DNA of 64,000 nt from Eledone cirrhosa. Taxonomy: Eukaryota. The notes under the pieces are model-generated. The model was given only the letters and a program-made list of their open reading frames with translations. It was not told the DNA's origin and did not search any database. The stretch is from the NCBI GenBank assembly GCA_964016885.1, contig OZ024745.1, positions 27,900,001 to 27,964,000 of the forward strand, written 5' to 3'. A program made the position numbers and the translations under genes. Positions 12,721-28,310 of this stretch are shown here, in pieces (the first letter of the stretch is position 1; each line of letters opens with the position of its first letter).

Positions 12721-14569
12721 CACTCTCATTCTTTCTATCGTTACACTCTTCAGCCCCTTATTTACTCAGTCGTTCTTACTCGTTCTCGTTTACTTCCATG
12801 CTTTTCCCTTTCAGTCACTCTGAACTTCATCATTAATCGTCATAAAATATAACTTCCTCTTCATGTAGTCTAGTCTGTAGTTCATTACACATGAGACAAC
12901 TATTATGTTTCGCTCTAAGTAACTTTATCTCTACCCATTCCTAATCAGAATCAATCAATTTTCTTATGAAAAGAAATGCAGTTTCCTTATTATAACTTAT
13001 TCCTCAGTGTTAGCATGATTCTACTTATCAGTTAGAGAGATACGTTGTAATACTTAAAGAATAAACTGTGGATAAAAAGATGTAAACCAACATTTTACTT
13101 ACATTTCATTATCTGTTGTCAAAAATAATTTTTTTTTCAAACATCTAACTGAATTTTTCTTCCTTACTTTTCATTCCACATCATGTCTCATGGTCGGCAA
13201 ATATACACTGAACAGTTATGACATAAATGTGTATGTGTGCGTTTGGTATTGTGCGGGTATGGTATGTGTGTGGGCATGGTATGTATGTGTGTGTGTGTGT
13301 ATGTGTGGGATTTTGTATGGAGAACAGTGTCTCCAGTGGTCACGTCACACAGTTAAATAAAACAACCAAGATTATCAAAGATCTACCAACTATGAACAAG
13401 ATCTTTCAGTACATTGAAGGCTACCAACAGAATCAACAACAGAAACCTTTAGCTGCTTTGTAGCTACTCTTGCTTTTCATTTTTTTATCTTATTTACGCT
13501 TTTCGTTTTTACCTCCTCTATCTTGGTTTTGTAAGGACTGCTAGATTATCTCCCCTAGTCTGCCATGGCCTACTTGCACTATACGGACGTTTAAATTGAG
13601 TAAATAAATAAATACATAAATATTCGATATCCGTACAGAGAAATAACTTTCCCTCGTCTTTTTTTGTATTTGCTTATGTTGATTTTGAAGTCAATAAGCT
13701 TCTTAATATCAAAATCTGACATCAAAACCCAAACAAGCAATCAATTACTCTCGCTGTCTGTCTCAGAAATATTAATTATACATCAGCAACAACAGCAACA
13801 ATAAAAACATCAAGAATTGTTTGAGATAATTGTGCATACTTCAGAGTCAGAAAAGATTCAAGTTACAATTTGTCACGTCTCTAAATAACACATTTTCGGC
13901 CTTCTTAAATATATCATAGCTTTAAGAGTTACAATCAACGAATTGCTTCTCAAATTTCATATCAAATTCAACTAACAGAGAACCTTTGTATAGCTTCAGA
14001 CAGATATATTCTCTCTCGAGACGGATTTCACGTGGATGTTTAATGTTATTTATTTAACCTGCTTGCTAGCAGCTCGCTCGAAATCCATTCTGATTATATG
14101 ATACAAAATGCGGCAATTTTGAAATTCATATTTTAATTAAAATGGCTTCAGCTTCATAGTTTTATGATAGAAACTTTTGTCGTAATGAATTTAAACAGAT
14201 GGGCAGAGAATTTGTTTAGAATATTGGTTGCGAAAATAGAATAAGACATCTTTGCCCTTAGATATGGTAGGTAGAGGAGAGTCTTCTAGCGAACCCTGTC
14301 CAAGACTTCTTTCAGTATCATCTGGTTATAATTATTTCCTTTTGTCTGAATTACGAGCAATCTTAGAAAAAGAATAAATGCCACAGCTCATATTACCCGC
14401 ATTCTTAAAATTGTTCGTGCTGATCTTCATTGATACATGCATCGTTATGAGAACAACGATATAATATCGATCAATGCACGTTCATGCAACATATTTCATT
14501 CACAACTTACGTAAAACGTACCATAAATAGGCTCATCTGCTTATTTGTTCATGAAAAGACGTATTTATT

Positions 14570-14850
14570 AATGGGAGATTAGGTGTAATGACATCAGACG
14601 TCAGGCAAATACGTTGGCAGACTGAAAATACTCCTTGCAATGGTGGAAAATGGAAGCGTACTTGGTATGGTCATGTATCCTGCCACAAATCCCGGGGTAC
14701 AGTTGAAAGAAATCGAAGTAGAATGACAAAGAAAGTCTTGGTCCGACAACATCAAAGGCTGGACAGATTACAGCACCGAGATCTTTTTATGCATGAAGGA
14801 GAACAGAGACCAGTGGTGATGGCTGACTACGAAAGCATTTAGCGTGGCAT
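14570..14850 (+). pseudogene. RTE LINE 3' ORF remnant
   Basis: KRTWYGHVS..GTVE..R, then WSDNIKGWT after a frameshift; typical RTE C-terminus. Confidence 0.65.
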
Positions 14851-15365
14851 TCCATTGAATGGCTGCAACAGTTGCACACCTAATGTGGCACCCAGTGAAT
14901 GGCTACACCAGTTGTACATCTAGAGAGGAACCCCAATGACTGGCTACAACAGTTGTACATCTAGAGTGGAACCCCAATGACTGGCTGCACCAGTTGTACA
15001 TCTAGAGAGGAACACCAATGACTGGCTACACCAGTTGTACATCTTGAGTTGAACCCCAATGACTGGCTGCACCAGTTGTACATCTAGAGAGGAACCCCAA
15101 TGACTGGCTACACCAGTTGTACATCTAGAGTGGAACCCCAATGACTGGCTGCACCAGTTGTACATCTAGAGAGGAACCCCAATGACTGGCTACACCAGTT
15201 GTACATCTAGAGTGGAACCCCAATGACTGGCTACACCAGTTGTACATCTAGAGTGGAACCCCAATGACTGGCTACACCAGTTGTACATCTAGAGTGGAAC
15301 CCCAATGACTGGCTACACCAGTTGTACATCTAGAGTGGAACCCCAATGACTGGCTATACTAGTTA
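14850..15365. repeat. 41-bp minisatellite, about 12 units
   Basis: Unit CCCAATGACTGGCTACACCAGTTGTACATCTAGAGTGGAAC; TCTAGAG at 14919 and 14960. Confidence 0.95.
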
Positions 15366-17619
15366 CGGGAACTTGATTAATTTATTGAAAACATAAGCAG
15401 ATCAAGCGTATTAGAACTAGAATCACATCTGGTTCACAGACTAGGCTTGTCAGGAGTTTAGCATTTATACAAATACGCTCGTCAACTTTGAGGGGAATCT
15501 ACGCGCTTGAAGTACATGCTAGAAATAGCAGCTAGATATCTCTTAAAGCTCACACCAGTGTCTTGAAATGTAGAGAATTCAATATATATTGTGATGCTAG
15601 GTGCACTGTTTGAAATATAAAAGACGAAATGATCCTGGCTTCAATACCTTTGATCATACGTTTCCTCGATTGCAGTTGATCTTGTGTGCAAACAAGAACA
15701 TATTAGACAGAAAAATCCCCCTGTTCGTTGAAGTAAGAATCCAGTAAAATCTTAGATCCCAAAGCAGAGAAAAAGGTGATGAATCATGAGATTTAACTGA
15801 AACTTCACAGTTTTCTTCTAGCGAATACTGAAGTACTTTTTAATTTTAGTAATGTGCATCCTCAAAGACTGGGTCTTCGGGTATCTTTGAGTGACACGTC
15901 TAGCAGTAACTGTTAATTCCTCTTCAAATCTTCCTTCATATAATTTGGACTCGTGAAGTAAAAAGAGAATAGTCTGCGTTTTCGTTGAAATATGAAGACT
16001 GAAAACTGCCAACCGACTCAAAGACCTTTAGCTCTAAAAATATCTGAAAACAGTTCAATAATATGATTACACTTTTAATGAAGAAGATATATAATAAAAT
16101 GTATAGGTTTATATTATTTCATCTAAAAGTATTATTGAGAAACAATATTTAGCATGCAGTTTTCACGAAGTTCCATCACATTTTAATAATTATATCTCTC
16201 GTTTACGCTAGGTTTGTTATATTTACATTAGCACACAGTTCTTAAAATTGTTATTTAATTATCTGTAAACCAGAAAATCAAATTTTCTGTTTTGTAATAG
16301 AATGTTTTTTCTATTATTCACTTTGTTTATAACTTCCTTATTGTGTGATGACGATTATCGATTATTCGTGGATCTATTCAGCTCCCTGGCTGACCAATAG
16401 TGTGTATGAGCTGCATGCAGTGGATATGATTCTACGTCACATCAAAAGCAGCAGTTTCATGTGTGCCTGGATATTGTATTATTTTATCATCTCTTCAATT
16501 TACTACTTTTTCTCTGGCCATGGAAATATCCCTTGGATGTTCAGTGGAACATAAACCCTTCCGAAGGCCAAACCAGTGGAATCTGCGCTTCTAAATGACT
16601 TGAACAATCGTAATATTGGCTCTCAATATATATGACACTGTAAGAGATTAGGGTGTCATATATACAAATGGTGTTGAATGTATCCACCTTAAATAACGTC
16701 CAGAATTGAGAGATAACAGAGTTTTAAATAATTTATTAAGGGCTAATAGTCATGGATAGTAGAATTGGTACACCACATTGCGATATTTAGTTTAGCTCTT
16801 TTACATTCTGAGTTCAAATCAAGCCGAGTTGGACTTCGTCATTCATCATGCCGAGACCGATGAAATAGTATTTGTATCTCCCCCACACTCTAGACATTGT
16901 CTTGATACAAGAAATCGATATTTAGTTTCGTCCTTTTACGATCTGATTTAAGATTCTTCCGGAATTGATTGTCCTTCATATTCTATAATCACGTGACAAA
17001 CTGGGAAGCAGTTATTTTCTCATTGTTTACTCCTTCACCAAAGCCTACGCAGAATTTACCATTAATTAATCTATTTTAGATAATTGCAATAGATATAAAT
17101 ATTTGTTTACTCAAATAATCTAACTAATATCATTATATATTAGTTAGCAGTTCTTATCTACGTCCATCTGTTTATCTTGCTGAAAAATAAGTAGCAGTAA
17201 TTCTAGGGTAATTTAAAATTGATAGGTTAGACACTTCCTTAAGAAAAGAGTTTGTCTTGCATCTGCTTAACACTACAAAAATAGTTCATTGGTATTTAAT
17301 AGTAAACATGTTTTTGTTTAGAACGAGGTAGGTCAGCTCCAGTCTATTAGGATCATAACAATTAGAGGAGAAACTAGACTTTTTTCTTGTGAATATTGTA
17401 ATAGGATAATGCAAAGTGTACATCATTTCTAAAGAGGATATGGTGAAATTTAAAGGAGATTTCAATGTTATTTCATAGCGATCAAGAGAGCACGGTGGAG
17501 CTATTTGGTTGGTTCATTGTTTACAAATATATTCAAGTAGTAAATATTTAATGGAAAGATAATAATGAGAAGTTCTTTCAGAATTGGAAATAACCTGCCT
17601 AACATCTTCAGTTTTTGTT

Positions 17620-18880
17620 TTTCACAGCCCACATTGTCCGCTGATGACTTTCCTCATTTTTGCGGTAGGTTCTTGGTGGGTTTTTTGTTCCTGGATTGCA
17701 TAGAGGAATCCTTTAAGGTGGTATGTTATGAATTTGTCGAAACTCCATATCAGTTTATTTCCACTTTGGGTTCAGTTATCTATCTAGAACCTTCTCAGTG
17801 GACTGGTTTATTTATTTATTTTTTTTATTTTTTTTTTTTCGAGCATTGGAGTAGAGGTTTCCAATGTTCTTGGAAAGAGATTTGTGTCAGATTTTATTTC
17901 ATGTCCCTCATCTAGTCCAATGGCTCTTCTAAGAATGTTGCCATTTTCCTGTTCGTAAACCTAGGCGAGAATGTCGCTGATTTATATCTTCTGTTGAAGA
18001 TAGTGTCACTCACCGAGACTTGGATGATGTTAATATAGATTTTAAGTCTCAGTCACGATACTTGCATGATAAATATAGACTGTCCACATCCCCATTGATA
18101 TGGACACTTCCAGTAACATTAAGTATTAAGCAGCCTACGAGTCCTTACATTCATATCGTTCTGTTCTTGCAATAACCACCCTGAAGGCTAAATGCTGACG
18201 TTAGGGCGGGCTCTGCAAAAACGATGTAGGCAATGCTCTGACAGGTCTGATGACATTCTCTTTACGCTGGAGTAGTCATTCCTTGTCATCTCCTTATTTA
18301 TCAATCCATCATCTCTGACATTCGCATCCTGTCCAAGATACCTATAATTTTCACCGGACTGTAAAGGTTGTATCAACAAGTCGTTCCTTTATAGAACTTC
18401 AGATGAGAGCACAAGTCTTCAACGTTTTATCACCAACAAATGTGAACTTCGAATCAGAAAATGTTCATTCCAATGTCTATAGAGAAATGAGTAATGAGGT
18501 CCAATTACTTTTTTAATACATTGATGTTTATGTGAAGGCGCATGGCTTAGTGGTTAGGGCATTGGGCATGCAATCGAAAGGTTGTGGGTTCAATTCTCGG
18601 ACCGGGTGATGTGTTGTTTCCTTGAACAAGACACTTTATTTCACGTTGTTCCAGTTTACTCAGCTGTAGAAATTAGATGATAGGACTGGGGTCCCTATCA
18701 TTAAATTACCCAAGACACCTCCAACGAGATATACCTTGGAGGAGGCCAGCTAAACCTGCATAGGTGTGAGCTGTCACACACACACACACACACATTGATG
18801 TTTGGCCCATACAACTTCAGGTAGACAGCAACGAAAACATGGGAGAAACAGCAAGATACCTTTTTGGTAAGCTATATTAG
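17620..18880 (-). pseudogene. R4/Dong-like non-LTR retrotransposon RT remnant, interrupted by a SINE
   Basis: ENYRYLGQDANV..G.INKE motif; degraded FV..LKLY (DD) motif at ~18810-18840. Confidence 0.6.
18530..18791 (+). mobile_element. SINE family B with 12-bp TSD
   Basis: ACATTGATGTTT at 18518-29 and 18792-803; A/B boxes; (CA)n tail. Confidence 0.85.
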
Positions 18881-19015
18881 AGTAAATTTTCTTCTTATCA
18901 CTTCTAAGAAGCAAAATGGTGAACGAAGTTTTGATCAGGCATTAAAGAGCAATTACTAGTAGTTGTGAGACTTTGGTTAACTATAAAGCGCTGATAATCC
19001 AACAATGTAAAGTAC

Positions 19016-19078
<63 letters not shown>

Positions 19079-19160
19079 AAGTATATAAGATATCTACCCG
19101 GAATTTTGGGAGTCTACAAAGTCATCTTTCATATGTCACCCACGGACTTCGAATTACTGG

Positions 19161-19306
<146 letters not shown>

Positions 19307-19376
19307 AACAAGGTTTAGCAAATAATGAAAAAGTTTCAAAATAAATTTTAAAAAATTGACTTTACCTACTATAGTT

Positions 19377-19459
19377 ACCTTTACCGATCGGTTTCGAATC
19401 CCAAAAATAAACGGAGACCATACGGCCTTCGTTGCAAAGAAAGATTCTCGTCAGAAGGT
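19377..19459 (-). ncRNA. Type I hammerhead ribozyme, fully canonical core, extended stem II
   Basis: Minus: ACCUU-CUGACGA-GAAUC...GAUUC-GAAAC CGAUCG GUA^AAGGU; predicted cleavage between 19382 and 19381. Confidence 0.8.
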
Positions 19460-19601
19460 TCTTTTCATTCGAAGAATATAAAATTCTTGAATTTAAATTA
19501 CGAACTAGCGCTATCCAAAACTGTTCCCGAGATGAGAGTGAATGAAGTGGAATCAATTTTTTCAAGGGCCGAAGTATATATATATATATATATATTATTA
19601 T

Positions 19602-19702
<101 letters not shown>

Positions 19703-19856
19703 AATATATATATATATATATTTAATATAGAAAAGCTTCTACAGGACTAGAACTGTTTCATTCATGCGAAATCATCATACTGTGCTTACCTCCGATTGAA
19801 CCCGGATTAACTTACATATATATATAAATATATATATATATACATATATATATATT

Positions 19857-20701
19857 CTAAGGCGGGTAAAATTTCCGAGATCCATGGACGAGTTCTCTCC
19901 AGCGGTCTCTGCCCCTCATTATCGCTGCCATGTCCTGCGTCTCCAACAGACCAGTGTCTGTTCTTAGGGCATCAACATACGTTAACCTTGATCTTCCTCT
20001 TCTAGTGTGTCCATGTAGGGTCTCCCAAAGGAGCACTGAGTGCAATGTCAACTCTGGATGTCGGAGAGCATGTCCAGCTAACCTCAGTCTCCTCGTAGTG
20101 GACTATTGTATGCGCCTTGCACTGGAGAAACACCAGGACTCTGGCTTTACTGTAGCACCGGCTCAGAGCAGGAGAGTTGGGGCGGAAAAGGTATTGGATG
20201 CTGAATTTGCCGACGACATAGTTTTGGTGACAAATACAGTGAAGGAGGCGGAGGATTTGATGCGGGAGGTTGAGACTGTGGGACTGAGAATGAATGAGAC
20301 TAAAACAAAATATCTGGTAGAGAATGTTGAGAAGCCAGAGGGGATCACTAATGTAGGCGGGAAGCCGCTAGAATTGGTTGAGGGCTTCCTGTATTTGGGA
20401 GCAAAGATTGGGAATACGGAAGATGATGTGGTTGAGAGGAAGAGCAAAGCCTGGGCGGCGTGCCACAGCTTGAGATCGGTGTGGAAGTCGGACCTTCGTA
20501 AAGACCTGAAAATCCGCCTCTTCATTGCTGTAGTGGGGTCTGTGCTGCTGTATGGGTCTCAGACTTTGACACTGACCAAGAAACTCACTCAGATGGTGCA
20601 TGGGTGCTACACGAGAATGGTGAGGATGGCTCTGAACATTAATCAGTATACACTGAAGATGAAAAACTCAGAGCTGTATGGGAGCATCCCAAAAGTCGGC
20701 T

Positions 20702-20702
<1 letters not shown>
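19857..20702 (-). mobile_element. 5'-truncated, 5'-inverted RTE(-X)-like LINE
   Basis: Plus 20092-20702 encodes RT (AEFADDIVL, FLYLG, LLYGSQT); minus 20094-19857 encodes its continuation RRLRLAGH...RRGR..TYVD..W and the 3' end. Confidence 0.85.
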
Positions 20703-20757
<55 letters not shown>

Positions 20758-20943
20758 CAATTTTAATATAAAATGCCTTCTACATGACTAAAAAAATTTC
20801 ATTCGAAAGAAAACCATAAGGAAACAGTTCTAGTCCTGTAGAAGCCATTTCTATATTAAATGTGTCGTGTACACACTACTAATTTATTGAGTACTTTACT
20901 TATACTTACTCTGGTTAACTGTAATTGAACCCGATACTCATAC

Positions 20944-20996
<53 letters not shown>

Positions 20997-21283
20997 CGCA
21001 TATGTGAGGCTATAAAACTGTTTTCTAAAAAAATCATTATGTTAAAGCTATAAGAAAACAGTATTAAAAAGTAAGATATTTGTCATGATCGCAGTTTATA
21101 TTCCAATAGACACAGATGTTGCTGTTTACCACCATACAATACATAATGTGTGCGTGTGTATATGTATATATATATATATATATATATAATGTATACATAG
21201 ATATAAAATATGTATATATATATATGTATATATGCCTTCTCTCTATATATATATGTATTTATAAATATATATATAATACATAT

Positions 21284-21334
<51 letters not shown>

Positions 21335-21479
21335 GTGTGTGTGTGTGTATAAATGTATATATATATATATGTGCATGTGTATATATATATATATATATAT
21401 ATGTATATTTATATATTATGTATGTGTGCGTATATATATATATATATAGATTTATATATATATATATATAGATTATATA

Positions 21480-22083
21480 TGTATGTATACGTACATACAT
21501 ATATGTATACAGGCGTACAGTTGTATGTATATATATACATACACGTACACATATATATATGCACGTATCGGTTTACCGAACATTTATTATAATGCTCGGT
21601 TTGTTTGTAAACAAACAAACAGCCCGAATTACGCCGTACAGTATTTAGGCAACCACGTCACCTTATTGTTCAACACTGACACAGGAACGATGTACTAGTT
21701 TCAAGCTTATTAGCTATCGTCAGCATCGTATACCTTCCTGCCAGATGGTTGAACGTCTGAAAGTATATACTTTCCTTATGCATATTAACGGCTGAGCAGC
21801 CTAATTTTCATATCGAGTGAGTTCAGCCGGCCGCGCTCACCGAAAACGATAAATAGAATAGAATGAAACGAAATTTCATTTCTCACTCTTAGTACGGGAC
21901 TTACTTAAATGTATGTATGTATGTATACGTACATACATATATGTATACAGACGTACAGTAGTATGTATATATATATATACATACATGCACACATATATAT
22001 ATTCCATTTATCGTTTTCGGTGCGCCCGACAACTGAACTCTCTCGATATGCAAATTAGGCTGCTCAGCCGTTAATATGCATAA
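21480..22083 (-). mobile_element. Second copy of the hammerhead-bearing ~440-nt unit (~1.2-mer plus inverted fragment)
   Basis: Period 438 (cgtac at 21490 and 21928); ~22000-22083 is inverted relative to ~21775-21860. Confidence 0.75.
21687..21729 (-). ncRNA. Type I hammerhead ribozyme
   Basis: Minus: ACGAUG-CUGACGA-UAGCUAAUAAGCUU-GAAAC UA GUA^CAUCGU; palindromic stem III ACUAGU. Confidence 0.78.
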
Positions 22084-22142
22084 TATTATTCGATGGCTAT
22101 TTCTGTCGAAACGGCTTGAGCTCTGCCGTCGGGGTCATACTT

Positions 22143-22217
<75 letters not shown>

Positions 22218-22545
22218 GCGTTTGGGGGTGGGGGGCGGTATCTATAGCCTGAGAGAAAAATGTCTGACAGAGATAGATATTGCAAAATGATATCAGGAAT
22301 ATTGTTTCAACGCAGCTTTTCTGATTACTAGCAAAACCTTAAAACATTTACATTGTAATTTTATGGATTCAAAAGTAATGTTTTTAACGTTAATATCAAT
22401 AGAATAGAGAATCACGGTGGCGGGGAATAAACAGCACGTGAACATATAATCTTAATGAAATACTTATATAATTATTATATAATTATATGTTTTAGCTTAT
22501 TTCCTATGAAAACTAATAACATATTTCTTCTAATCGCTGAAACTG

Positions 22546-22582
<37 letters not shown>

Positions 22583-22592
22583 AGAGTATTGA

Positions 22593-22631
22593 AAATATTT
22601 TTCTTCCTAATAATCGTTTCTTTCTGCCTAT

Positions 22632-22727
<96 letters not shown>

Positions 22728-22768
22728 ATAGGCAGAAAGAAACGATTATTAGGAAGAAAAATATTTTT
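22593..22768. repeat. Palindrome centred on (TA)n
   Basis: ~45-bp arms aaaatatttttcttcctaataatcgtttctttctgcctattttcat and its reverse complement, around a TA tract. Confidence 0.9.
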
Positions 22769-22899
22769 TTTTCCTTTTTTATTTCTCTCTCTCTTTTTTC
22801 TGGGTTAGAAAATGATTAAAACGAAATGTTTTACTTTGTGTGAAGTGTTAAGGTATTAGTTGTTTTATTTATTATTTAACAATGGCATTTATTTATCTA

Positions 22900-24586
<1,687 letters not shown>

Positions 24587-25157
24587 ACAGGTATAGTTAT
24601 ATATATAGAAGTCAGAAAAATAGATGGGTTGACAAGAAGAGAGAAAATGCCACAGTAAGAACAAACAGTAAATCAAATGTATTTATTTACTAGATTCAAT
24701 AAAATATTCTGCGATTTGTATGGTTATAATTCTGTAATAAAATCATTTCTTTACATGTCGGATAATTAAACAGTTATTTGAATGTCAGCTGCAGATATCT
24801 CAAAACAGACAATGAAACTCCTCTATAAATGTACAGGTTAAATTTCGATTGTATTACACAATTGTTATGTTATTATACAAAGAACAAATTACATAACAAA
24901 AACGGTGCATATATATACGTTCGCAGGTATATATGTACATATATATCTGCATAAAGTGAGTCGAAATTCGAGTCCGGGAACTATTATAGGCACCCGTTTT
25001 ACGTGTGTTGTATTGAAGCGAATAACTATATTTATACTCTGGGACTGTACTTTACATTGCCCATGGAGTACGCTGAGATACAATCGGTCCTGGCATTGAT
25101 AAATATGCTGGCTCCGTCAACTCCTTATTATATATATATATATATACATATATATAT

Positions 25158-25332
25158 AAGTATGTATACGTACATACATATATATGTATACAGACGTACA
25201 GTAGTATGTATATATATACATACATGCGCACATATATACATGTACGTATGGATTTACCGAACATTTATTATAATGCTCAGTTTGTTTGTAAACAAACATC
25301 CCGAATTAAGCCGTACAGTGTTTAGCAACCAT
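25158..25332 (-). mobile_element. Third, truncated copy of the ~445-nt unit, without the ribozyme
   Basis: Matches ~21480-21660. Confidence 0.7.
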
Positions 25333-25419
25333 CGTTGCCCTTTTGTTCATTTTGGTCATCATTTGTCGGAGAGTTATCCCTGCTTGACCATTAGAGTGTT
25401 TATGGCAGCCTTAATATTA

Positions 25420-26751
25420 TCTCTATATATATAAAACGGAAGATGGCTGTCTGTGTGTGTGTATGATTTTTATGCATTTCCACATTTCTCTACCGATTTT
25501 GATGATTTTTTTCCCCAATGTGCTCCAAATTTATCAATGATGGTCAAGACGTAATAAACTTTGGCAAAACTTTCCTGCTTCTACGAAAAGAATCGATAAA
25601 ACTAAATACGGCCTATAACCCTCTCTCTTACACGCTTAATCCCTCTCTCTACTACCCTCAAAAATCGATGAAACTATATACATGTTGCAACTCTCTTTAA
25701 AACGTTCATCCCTCCCTCTACTCCCCTCTCAATCTCTTCTGCAATTCTCTTTAAAAGGTTCATCCCTCCCTCTACTCCCCTCTCAATCTCCTCTGCAACT
25801 CTAACAGCGACAAAACTTCGTTCAGGAACGCGACATAAACTTTGAAAACTAAGCGACACATTTATACAACAACAAACATAGTCATAACGACGCTCATACA
25901 TCAAATAACAAAACTTAAAAAGCCGATAAAACTAAATACATTTCATTCAAAACATTTTCTAAGTGAGTTAATATCTGTATACAACAACTACAACGGTACG
26001 CGATGGGGCCCACCCACAGCCCCGGTGGACAGAATGGAGAAGGCGTTTCCCCGGGGGACGGCAAGGGAGACGCGCTGGAAAATCCACTCCAACTCGCGGG
26101 GCTCACACCTGCGGCTGGCCAGCTCAGCGCCTATGGTGGTGAGTAAGGAGGTAGCCCTGGGGCCGAGGATACCAGAAGTCTCCACTGCCAGGGGTACGAC
26201 CGCAAACCTGTCGGAGAGCGACCGGTATTTGACCATTACATTTTACACCATTACATTTTACATCAAATAACAAATATTCAAAAGCAACAGATGAATTTAT
26301 ACAACAAACGTAGTCATAACGACGCTTAAGCATTTATTTACTCGAATCTCAACAAAGACATTATATTTTATTGTTGTCCTTTTTGTAATTCTTTTTTCTT
26401 TGTTTTTAGCAATATGAGACAAAAACATAATGCGAAGACTTTTTTCAGGAACGTCCGATTTTGATGATTTTTTTTTTCAGTGTGCTCCAAATTATCGCCC
26501 CTGTTTACGTTCTTTTGTGCTATAACTCAGACGGGCTTGGCTTACAGGTTTGACCTACTATTTGACGTGCATCCTTCATACAACTTAGTACTTACTTTCC
26601 ACTTATTCACTGTTCAATTGAAACTTTTCGCTACCCCCCTTCCTTGCCTACCCGTATTTACTTTCTTTGCCTAAATAATCATAATTGAGTGGAATCATTA
26701 AGAGTACTTTAAAGTAATTAAACTCCGAGCAACGCCGGGTACTTCTGCTAG
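25420..26751 (+). mobile_element. Non-autonomous Helitron
   Basis: Starts TC(TCTATATATATAAAA) after A; ends with hairpin CCGAGCAACGCCGG then CTAG before T; no TSD. Confidence 0.7.
25990..26230 (-). pseudogene. CRE-clade restriction-like endonuclease C-terminal fragment inside the Helitron
   Basis: KYRSLSDRFAVVPLAVETSGILGP...FQRVSLAVPRGNAFSIL. Confidence 0.75.
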
Positions 26752-27199
26752 TATAATATATATTAAATTGTATGCGTTGCACGAGAAGTTGTTTCGAATT
26801 TTGACGTGAAATACAGGACCTTCAAATAGATAGCTGCATACTCCATAGTTTGGTCGTTTTCAGTTTATAACTTGAGGACAATTAATTACGGTATGCAGCT
26901 TCGAATATTTCTGTAAGATATTTTCTTTTTTTGTCCTTTACTAGAAGAGGTAGATTTAGTATGGATTGAAAGTCGAGATATATGGTATAACAAATTTTGC
27001 TTTTGTTTCTAAGAGTTCTTGGGTGTTAATTTGTCGTACATTTTAAATTCTATTATTGAGAAAATTTCCTCTTGAGTATTTTGTTCATCTCAACTAGCAT
27101 GTGGCCTCCATTCGTCGTTTGGATTGGTGGTTTTACGTCAGATGATGTAATCGAGCACTGGATTGATGAACTTCTTTGACCCACACTCCATTGGCTTTG

Positions 27200-27790
27200 A
27201 TGTGACCACCAGGTGCCTACCATACACCAACGATCTATTAACAGTCATCTCACGTACTCCTATAAGATACTCCCAATCTTCATACATAGCATTCCGCCCA
27301 CTAATGTCAACCACCCACGACCTCCATGCTGACTAATCACAAAACAACCTTGAATAGAGTCATGTTAACCTTATATTCTCCAGTAATACAAATACACAAC
27401 CATTAGACACATCACCAACAAGCAATTATAACCTCTAAGTTTGCTACAGTTGCTAGGCTTCAACTACAAAGGATATTGACTATCTTCGAATTAGCAAACA
27501 CCTCATTAAAAATACTGGCCCTCCGATTTAAAACCACAGAAGAAGTCAATCTCCAACAACTAGCAACCGTCTAAAAGCCCATATGAGGCCCACATTAGAG
27601 TACTGCTTCCATATTTTAGATGGTGCTATAACTACACATGCAAGTATTTTAGACGGCTTCCACAAAACCTCCCGGTAGATTGGTTTGAAGCCGCTCACGA
27701 ATACATCAAGCATTTTGCCAGTGGCCTTGGCAGCTCAAATCTGATTGGTCTTGGAATAAATCCATCCAGGCTATTGAAACTCACTCTCCC
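27200..27790 (+). pseudogene. Degraded CR1/Jockey-type LINE ORF2 remnant
   Basis: KAHMRPTLEYCFHILDGA-like motif at ~27575-27630. Confidence 0.5.
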
Positions 27791-27974
27791 ATCCTATACT
27801 TTTAATCTATATTTATCCCTCAAATGAAAAGATCAGAAGTTATGAAAAGCAAGCAGAATGTTACTAGTTAATGGCAGACTAGTTACATACAATTATCTAT
27901 TGGCTAAACATGTCATGATGCTATTTCATGTCAGAAAAAATACATTACAATTAACAAAGTAATGAAAACCTTCC

Positions 27975-28310
27975 TCCCGCTCTGATCTAGACCTCACGAG
28001 ATTTCCCTCTCAAAACCATACTCTCTGCTAGAGATACCACGGGATTTACCATTCAAAGCCCCATCACCACCACCACCACTCTAGATTCCACGAGATTTAT
28101 TCACAATATCCTGTTCTGCTAGAGATATCACGAGATTTGCTATTCAACACTTCCCGTTCTGCTCTAGATCCCATGAGATTTTTCATTCAAACCCTCACGC
28201 CCCGCTCGAGATCACGTGAAATTTCGCATTCAAAACTTTGCGCTCCACTCTAGATACCAGGAGGTTCCCATTCAAAACCTCGCGCTGTGCTCTAGATACC
28301 ACGAGACTTT
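27975..28310. repeat. Degenerate ~41-45-bp tandem repeat, about 8 units
   Basis: Recurrent ctagataccacgagattt.cattcaaaac. Confidence 0.75.

Noticed and set aside
15818-16055. Possible minus-strand terminal exon
   Set aside because: Only an acceptor-like site and short ORFs; no recognisable protein.
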